Assembly: GCA_017514785.1 (NCBI GenBank)
Contig: JAFWIO010000055.1
Coordinates: forward strand, 18,311-82,310
From: Eubacterium sp.
GTDB taxonomy: Bacteria; Bacillota; Clostridia; Lachnospirales; Lachnospiraceae
Direction: 5' to 3'
Length of the DNA stretch: 64,000 bases
Shown piece by piece: positions 1 to 6,098 of the stretch. The notes below the pieces were generated by a model. The model had not been told where the DNA came from and searched no databases. It saw nothing but the letters and a program-made list of their open reading frames with translations. Positions within the stretch are counted from its first letter, which is position 1. Every line of letters starts with the position of its first letter. A program made the position numbers and the translations under genes.

Positions 1-201
1 TTCTTTATCCACATCGTAGTCTTCTACTATCTGATCTATAATCTCTTCTTCTGACTTTCCAGCTGCCACACCTTCCCAGATGTCCTTTCCAGTGTCGTTT
101 AGTTTAATCATCCCAGAAAAACTTTCGCTAGCTTCGCCCGTAGCCACTACTACGCACTGTCCCATTATATCTCTTACTACAAAACCGTCTTTAATCTTCA
201 T
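1..201 (-). CDS. PqqD family protein / RiPP recognition element (5' part; runs off window edge)
   Basis: Not in ORF track. Manual translation from ATG at 201: MKIKDGFVVRDIMGQCVVVATGEASESFSGMIKLNDTGKDIWEGVAAGKSEEEIIDQIVEDYDVDKE..., the typical stand-alone PqqD pattern (LNxTG..IW, I...YDV). Start overlaps the stop of the upstream kinase-like gene. Confidence 0.85.
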   Translation of the reverse strand, partial: MKIKDGFVVRDIMGQCVVVATGEASESFSGMIKLNDTGKDIWEGVAAGKSEEEIIDQIVEDYDVDKE

Positions 202-943
202 TCTTACTATTCTCCCAATCTTCTCCAGTCAACTGTTCAAAACTACACTTAGCAGCATCTTCCGAAATATCGCATTTCAACTTATAAAACGGAACTGCCT
301 CTGCCATCTTCTTAAACAGGTCAACCACCTTAATCAAATAGTCCGGCTCATCCGCCAAATAAAGTTGACTCATAAACAGCTCGATGTTCTCGCCCGGATG
401 AATGCTCTCGATAGAGTTTGACTCTGCTCTCTCTACCACGCACACCCCCGCCAAAGGAGCGCTAGTGTTAATCTGCCATCCTTCTTTGCCGCACCATGGT
501 GCTCCGTGCACATACACTTTTCCCTCTTCAAAGGAAACCTCAGGCTTATCTCCGTTTATAACACTTACCTTATCTCCTAGGAACCTCTTCCACAAAGAAA
601 TGTGTGTGGACTTTCCAGTTCCACTAGGCGCCGTAAAGATATAAGCCTTTCCTTCGTATTCGATAGTTGCTCCGTGCATTAGAAGCATACCGTGGTTTGG
701 AAGATCTGTCGCAATCTTTTCCATGATACAACAAAACTCGATGTATCCTGGATCCTTGCTAGGCAAATCCTCTTTAGTCCATCTATTAAAAACTTCATCA
801 GTATAAGAAACCTGATAAACATTATCAGATTTCTTATCTTCATCAATAATATACTCGCTAAACTTTTTCTCAAGATATGAGTATTTATATTCTATTTCAT
901 ACTGGATGCCAGCAATCTGGCATAACATCTTTTTATTATCCAT
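191..943 (-). CDS. HPr kinase-like P-loop protein (type found in lasso/PqqD clusters)
   Basis: LLMHGATI...IFTAPSGTGKSTH Walker A, INGDKP and HGAPWCGKEG motifs; 250 aa. Confidence 0.7.
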   Translation of the reverse strand: MDNKKMLCQIAGIQYEIEYKYSYLEKKFSEYIIDEDKKSDNVYQVSYTDEVFNRWTKEDLPSKDPGYIEFCCIMEKIATDLPNHGMLLMHGATIEYEGKAYIFTAPSGTGKSTHISLWKRFLGDKVSVINGDKPEVSFEEGKVYVHGAPWCGKEGWQINTSAPLAGVCVVERAESNSIESIHPGENIELFMSQLYLADEPDYLIKVVDLFKKMAEAVPFYKLKCDISEDAAKCSFEQLTGEDWENSKNED

Positions 944-1409
944 CGATTAGTGGTCCAAATCCTGGTTCATCATCTTTGTCTTTCACGTCAAAGTTTCCAC
1001 CTTTGTCGCTTTTTTTGTCACCCTTTTTACTGTCACCTTTTTTGCTACTACCTTTTTTGCTGTCACTCTTCTTTGAGCTCTTACTTGATTTGCCGTTCTT
1101 TGATGACTTGCCGTCCTTAGATGATTTATTATTATCTTTATCGTTTACCAAATCGTTAACATCATCGCCATTGCTCTTGTCAGCATTGTCCACGTTAACA
1201 TCTGATTTCTTTCCCTTTATTACTTTTCCGTTTTTATCAGTCTGAGCAGGAGCGTCTTCATTCACGCTAGTAATCACATTACCGTTCGCATCTGTCACTT
1301 CTGTTTTCTTTTCATTATTACATCCACAGCCTGCAGTTGAAAACACTAAAACAACAGTAGACACAGCTACTATCATTACTCTAATCCTACTAATCTTCTT
1401 TTTATCCAT
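936..1409 (-). CDS. Lipoprotein with K/S/D low-complexity linker and C-terminal GFGPLIDG tail
   Basis: Basic N-terminus, hydrophobic stretch, lipobox-like TAGC; stop overlaps kinase start. Confidence 0.7.
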   Translation of the reverse strand: MDKKKISRIRVMIVAVSTVVLVFSTAGCGCNNEKKTEVTDANGNVITSVNEDAPAQTDKNGKVIKGKKSDVNVDNADKSNGDDVNDLVNDKDNNKSSKDGKSSKNGKSSKSSKKSDSKKGSSKKGDSKKGDKKSDKGGNFDVKDKDDEPGFGPLIDG

Positions 1410-1462
1410 AACTAAAACCTCTCAATCAATTATAATCTACTACAATAGATTGATAAAAAATC

Positions 1463-1490
1463 AAGCACCACATACGAATATGTGATGCTT
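1463..1490 (-). terminator. Rho-independent terminator after small peptide genes
   Basis: AAGCA-c-CACATA-cgaa-TATGTG-a-TGCTT hairpin followed by a T-run on the minus strand. Confidence 0.75.
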
Positions 1491-1517
1491 GTTTATAATC
1501 TTATATCTAGTCTGTAA

Positions 1518-1658
1518 TTAGTTATTGCCAGTCAAATCGCCAATATCATCTCCGTCGCCGTTATCATAATTATCCAACTCACCACTATCTTTAAGTGTAG
1601 TGATAGAAGCGTTAATTAGAAGAATCTCAGCTTCAGGATCTTTATAAAACTTTTTCAT
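1518..1658 (-). CDS. 46-aa putative RiPP precursor-like peptide A2 (MKKFYKDPEAEILLINASITTLKDSGELDNYDNGDGDDIGDLTGNN)
   Basis: Manual translation; AAGGAG RBS upstream; YxxP leader motif, SG, acidic Gly-rich C-half; below ORF-track cutoff. Confidence 0.75.
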   Translation of the reverse strand: MKKFYKDPEAEILLINASITTLKDSGELDNYDNGDGDDIGDLTGNN

Positions 1659-1730
1659 AACTATCTCTCCTTCTTTGCAATATAGTTATCTCAAACATCA
1701 TAACTATAATAGCATACGTTTATTTTTATT

Positions 1731-1859
1731 TCAACCATCGATTAGAGGGCCAAAACCTCCACCCGGTTGAGTTTCATCATCGCCACTCTGAACATTCCAA
1801 CCACTTTTCATATTATCTATGAAATACATTTCCATTGTAGGGTCTTCATATTCTTTCAT
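1731..1859 (-). CDS. 42-aa putative RiPP precursor-like peptide A1 (MKEYEDPTMEMYFIDNMKSGWNVQSGDDETQPGGGFGPLIDG)
   Basis: Manual translation; GGAGG RBS 7 nt upstream; YxDP leader shared with A2; C-terminus matches the lipoprotein tail. Confidence 0.8.
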   Translation of the reverse strand: MKEYEDPTMEMYFIDNMKSGWNVQSGDDETQPGGGFGPLIDG

Positions 1860-1919
1860 AACGATTCCTCCGTAACCGAGTAATATTTCTTATATAGAAC
1901 TATAACTCATGAGTATGAT

Positions 1920-3614
1920 TTAATTTTGTGGGTATACACCCGAAGTTCCTTCCACTGTAGTTCCATCTAATGTTACATAGAATGGTGTTACATTCCATGT
2001 TGAGCTTATATCTTTATCCATTCCTCTTACAGTGTATGTAAAGAAGTAAGTTGAATCATCACTAAATACTGTAGGTAGAACTGGTTGTCCGTCGGCATTA
2101 ATCTTTGTATATAATTTCTCAACAGACTTTGTCTTTTCTGTGATTGTAGCGTCTCCATAAGTTCCTGTGAACTTAAATCCTACTGACTGATAATCCATTG
2201 AATCCAAACTACTTAGGAAACGAACTGCTGTTCCATCCGTAGCTGTCTGGAATTTTGTTCCAAGAACTTTTTCGTCGATAAACTTAGCATAAGCATATCC
2301 TGTTGTTTCTGTATATGCTGTAGTAAATCCTGCATCTTCAAAGAATCCTGCAAATATTTTTCCTTCTTTTTCTGGATATGTACCGTGAGCCTTATACTCA
2401 GTTACATCTACCATTGGTGAATTAATATTTTTGAATATTAAGTCGTGTTTTGTTGTAGTAGCTGGTGCATAATAAATTTCTACATTTACAATTGGTTTAG
2501 CTAATGTTGATCCGTAGAATAACAATCCAGCTCCCATACAATAGAATGTGTCATTATCACCCTGAGCAACATTAGTTTCTACACCATCAATTACAACCTT
2601 AGTTGGTGCTCCCATTCCATCAGGATTAAGAACATAAACACCTGCTTCTTTTTGACCTGACCAACCTGGATCTTGATAACTTATAACTTTTGTATCAGTA
2701 GCACTCCAGTATTGTAAATCATTGCTTCCTGCAACGTTTGCCCAATGGTCTGCCTCTGTAGTTGGTTCTTCAGTAGTTGTTTCTGTTTGAGACTCAGTTT
2801 CTCCAGTAGGAGCCTCTGTTGTTTCTTCTGTTGGATCTTCTGAGCCATTTTCATTCTTAATTTGGATATATGAAGTACCAAGACCTTGAGTAATAGTTAC
2901 TTCATTTATCTTCTTTGTCATTGCTGATAAGTAAACTACAAAACCAGCGCCGTCTATAGCAGCAACACCTTCTGTATTTCCGTTTACATCAACCTTTGAA
3001 ATGCCTGCAGGAACTGTAATATATACACCATCTTCTGCAGCCCAACCTGGTTTCTGAATGTTTACAACACTACTAATATTTTGCTTTGTATTATTATTGT
3101 AATACCACTGTGTTCCGCCGTTAGGAATTGATTTCCATGGACTAGCTGTAGTAGGTTCTGTTGTAGGTGCACTAGGGTCTACTGTAGTAGTAGGTCCTTC
3201 TTCACCATCTTCAAAGTAAACATAGCATGTAGTTGATCCACCTGCCCATGATACTGTAAACTCTGTTACCTTTTGAGTGAAGTTAGATAAATAAATACAT
3301 GCTCCAGCTCCCTGAACTGCATAACCAGCAAGATCCATCTGGATATCAGCAGCTGGGAAACCTATGTAAATACCGTCTTCTTCAGAAAAACCTGGATGCT
3401 GAATATTTACAGCTTGTGTTCCATTTTCTGCATAAAACTTATACTTATTAGTATAAGTTCCACCGCCTGCGCCATCGCCCAAGTAGTCGATAGTACTCCA
3501 ATCTGGTGCATCAGCTTTAGTGTCAGCAGATGGAACAAATACAAGTCCCGCAACTACCATTGCTATAGAGCAAGCAACCGCAATAATCTGCTTTGAAAAT
3601 CTTGATAATTTCAT
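1920..3614 (-). CDS. Secreted protein with three copies of an uncharacterised repeat domain and a conserved C-terminal domain
   Basis: Signal peptide; repeats VNIQHPGF..EDGIY / VNIQKPGW..EDGVY / ISYQDPGW..EAGVY with GAG; T/E/P-rich linkers. Confidence 0.75.
   Translation of the reverse strand: MKLSRFSKQIIAVACSIAMVVAGLVFVPSADTKADAPDWSTIDYLGDGAGGGTYTNKYKFYAENGTQAVNIQHPGFSEEDGIYIGFPAADIQMDLAGYAVQGAGACIYLSNFTQKVTEFTVSWAGGSTTCYVYFEDGEEGPTTTVDPSAPTTEPTTASPWKSIPNGGTQWYYNNNTKQNISSVVNIQKPGWAAEDGVYITVPAGISKVDVNGNTEGVAAIDGAGFVVYLSAMTKKINEVTITQGLGTSYIQIKNENGSEDPTEETTEAPTGETESQTETTTEEPTTEADHWANVAGSNDLQYWSATDTKVISYQDPGWSGQKEAGVYVLNPDGMGAPTKVVIDGVETNVAQGDNDTFYCMGAGLLFYGSTLAKPIVNVEIYYAPATTTKHDLIFKNINSPMVDVTEYKAHGTYPEKEGKIFAGFFEDAGFTTAYTETTGYAYAKFIDEKVLGTKFQTATDGTAVRFLSSLDSMDYQSVGFKFTGTYGDATITEKTKSVEKLYTKINADGQPVLPTVFSDDSTYFFTYTVRGMDKDISSTWNVTPFYVTLDGTTVEGTSGVYPQN
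1928..2309. repeat. Near-identical DNA copy 1 of the C-terminal domain coding region (copy 2 at about 6107-6488)
   Basis: Long exact runs shared at offset 4179, e.g. gtgggtatacacccgaagttccttccactgtagttccatctaatgttac. Confidence 0.9.
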
Positions 3615-3827
3615 TTTAAGTTTCCTCCTTAATATGTGTAGAAATCCATATAATTACAGTTTCTCAAACTAATTACTATTTTAGTAAAAAACAAGTGTAT
3701 ATTAAAGTGTTTTTTTTGGAAAGGGTGTCTTAATTTTACTCTATATTCTGCATTATCAATATTGTATCAACATACCATCATATTTGCGAAAACACTTCGA
3801 AAACCTAACACCTGTTTCTTCTATATA

Positions 3828-3856
3828 AAAAGACCGGTGCGCTAGCACCGATCTTT
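3828..3856 (-). terminator. Rho-independent terminator
   Basis: AAAGA-c-CGGTGC-gcta-GCACCG-a-TCTTT hairpin just downstream of 3879..5990. Confidence 0.7.
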
Positions 3857-3878
3857 CTTCTATATAATATAGTTCAAT

Positions 3879-5990
3879 TTATTCCGGGACTACGTCAAAG
3901 GTAGCAGTCTTTCCTGTCACTTTAGTGCCGTCTGCCGTCACATAGAATGGTGTTACATTCCAATTAGATGGAGTCGTTCCGTCCATATTTCTAATTGTGT
4001 ATGTGACAAAGTATGCTGAATCATTGTTATCGAAAGCTGTGTTTGGTCTGATTGTCACGCCGTCAGCCGTAATCCTTCGATAAACAGTTTCAATGCTCTT
4101 CGACTTGGAATCAATAGTACTTTCCCCATACGTTCCGGAGAAATCAAAGCCTGCCGATTCAAAATCTTGTAGTCTTCTACTAATAGTACTTACAAAGCGA
4201 ATAGCAGTATTATCTTCCTTCTTCTGCATCTTAACCGTCAACGCTTTCTCGTCAATAAACTTAGGGTATGCATATCCATCCTCGTCCATATATGATTCAG
4301 TAAGTGTTTCGTCTGTAAACCAACCGGCAAAGATTTTGCCTTCCATGGTTGGATATTGCCAAGGCCAAACCCACTTGTAGTCTCTTATGTTATAGTAGCC
4401 TTCTGCTTTTTCGCCGAAGACGGCTATTTCTAATGGTTGAATTCCATCGCGCTCTGAATTTTCACTCCATTCTTCAACCTCAATCTTTATATATCTCGCC
4501 TTAACATTAAGGTCCTTGGTTACTGCAGATACAGCCTTGTTATCCCACAAACCTCTAACTGAAGCTACGGGTTCGTCTCCGTACCAATCTGGTATTCTGC
4601 CTGCGTAAATATCGTAGTCAACGGCGTTGGCGTTGGACCAGCAAACCATTACATCTTCTATGTTGTAGTAGTCCTTCAAATCTATTGCAAACCATGAGTT
4701 ATCAGTTGGTTTGTTCGCTCTCCATCCCGTGTTAAGATTTCCATCGCAAAATCTTCTCGCTTGTCCTTCATTATTATAACGTGCAACAATAGGTGTTTTC
4801 TTGTAGGCAAGGTTTTCTGTTGTATTAACTTTGTTTAAGTAATCCACTATTCCGACATAATTGGAATCGTCATAAACAGCCATCTCACGCAATGAGTAGC
4901 CTTCCGGCAAATGACTTTCTGTCATTTCTATTTTAATGTACCTAGTGCTAATTGATTCACCAAGCACTATCATGTCTCTTCTGTTGTCATAGAATGAATC
5001 GTTATCAACTGTAGCCACCGGCTGGAATTCATTACCATAAGTAGAAACCATTACTGTGTATGCTTTAGCAGTATTATCTTCTGCCCATCTACAATCAATT
5101 TCTTTAACTGTCTTTACTTCACCCAAGTCCACAGTAATCCACTGTGTATCATCTCCACTGGCATTCCAAATAGTATTTGGATCAGCATCTATAACATATG
5201 ATGCATCATCCGCCGAAGCTGCAGCTGTCACTCCTTCTACGGTTGCGCCTTGTTGTGTAACTAGGTTTACGCCATTATCATTTGAATCCGGAAACTCCTC
5301 GTAATATGAAACATAACTGTATTTGTAATTATTAGGATTCACCTCTGGCTCTGTAGTTGGCTCTTCAGTAGGTGCTTCAGTTGGAGCCTCTGTTGGTGCT
5401 TCTGTGGTCTCCTCTGTTGGAGGAACTGCTGTAGTGACATTCTCTTCATATTTTGTGTAGTAGTAAGCGCCATCTGACACCTGAACATATCTCTTAGGGC
5501 TCTCGTAATACTGCGCAGGTGTATCATCCGTTAGCACTTTGTATTGTATCGAAAACTGAACATCTCCATCTAATTTGAATCTGAAAACATTGGTGAACTG
5601 ATCCTTCTGTTCGAAAGCATTCTCATGATTCATGACAGAGTCCGTAACATCAATCCAATAGCTTCCGCTCTTCTTTTCCATGGATGTAACGTTATCAAGA
5701 GTACTACCATTAATTCCAACGACCTCTAGCATTTCCTTTCCGTCGTGCAACTGGCCATTTTCACCATCAATATGTACATCTGTCTTTATGTATAAGTAGC
5801 CGCCTGATAATTCGCCACTATTATTAAGCTGACTTCCAACGGCATAGCTACCATTCTCCTGCGCCAAATACAATGCTGCCGCTCCCGGAATGTCTGCACC
5901 ACCCGGATTCCAAATATCACCATAACTAGGCACAATAAAAACAGCGACTAATGCCATGATAGTTATCATTGTTATTAATCGTTTTTTCAT
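3879..5990 (-). CDS. Secreted protein with two F5/8 type C (discoidin/CBM32-like) domains and the shared C-terminal domain
   Basis: Signal peptide; DADPNTIWNA..QWITVDLG..RYIKI and DGNLNTGW..WFAIDL..RYIKI motifs; TEAP repeats. Confidence 0.8.
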   Translation of the reverse strand: MKKRLITMITIMALVAVFIVPSYGDIWNPGGADIPGAAALYLAQENGSYAVGSQLNNSGELSGGYLYIKTDVHIDGENGQLHDGKEMLEVVGINGSTLDNVTSMEKKSGSYWIDVTDSVMNHENAFEQKDQFTNVFRFKLDGDVQFSIQYKVLTDDTPAQYYESPKRYVQVSDGAYYYTKYEENVTTAVPPTEETTEAPTEAPTEAPTEEPTTEPEVNPNNYKYSYVSYYEEFPDSNDNGVNLVTQQGATVEGVTAAASADDASYVIDADPNTIWNASGDDTQWITVDLGEVKTVKEIDCRWAEDNTAKAYTVMVSTYGNEFQPVATVDNDSFYDNRRDMIVLGESISTRYIKIEMTESHLPEGYSLREMAVYDDSNYVGIVDYLNKVNTTENLAYKKTPIVARYNNEGQARRFCDGNLNTGWRANKPTDNSWFAIDLKDYYNIEDVMVCWSNANAVDYDIYAGRIPDWYGDEPVASVRGLWDNKAVSAVTKDLNVKARYIKIEVEEWSENSERDGIQPLEIAVFGEKAEGYYNIRDYKWVWPWQYPTMEGKIFAGWFTDETLTESYMDEDGYAYPKFIDEKALTVKMQKKEDNTAIRFVSTISRRLQDFESAGFDFSGTYGESTIDSKSKSIETVYRRITADGVTIRPNTAFDNNDSAYFVTYTIRNMDGTTPSNWNVTPFYVTADGTKVTGKTATFDVVPE

Positions 5991-6029
5991 CTCCGACCTC
6001 CTCGTCTACCTATAATTATATAACAACAC

Positions 6030-6064
6030 AAAAAAGACTGCCACATTTTTGTGGCAGCCTTTTT
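6030..6064 (-). terminator. Rho-independent terminator
   Basis: AAAAG-a-CTGCCACA-tttt-TGTGGCAG-c-CTTTT. Confidence 0.75.
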
Positions 6065-6098
6065 ATCTTTCTATGTTGCTATCACAACATTACCTTTA

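Noticed and set aside
1518-1859. Calling the peptides canonical lasso precursors
   Set aside because: No Thr at -2 before a Gly/Ser core start, and no cyclase or B2 peptidase in the window; kept only as RiPP-like.
1920-1945. C-terminal GTSG in two secreted proteins resembling the peptides' SG junction
   Set aside because: Too short, and absent from the third paralogue; could be chance.
5350-5440. TEAP/TEE repeats (also at about 2750-2840 and 3150-3200)
   Set aside because: Ordinary Thr/Pro/Glu linkers between extracellular domains.
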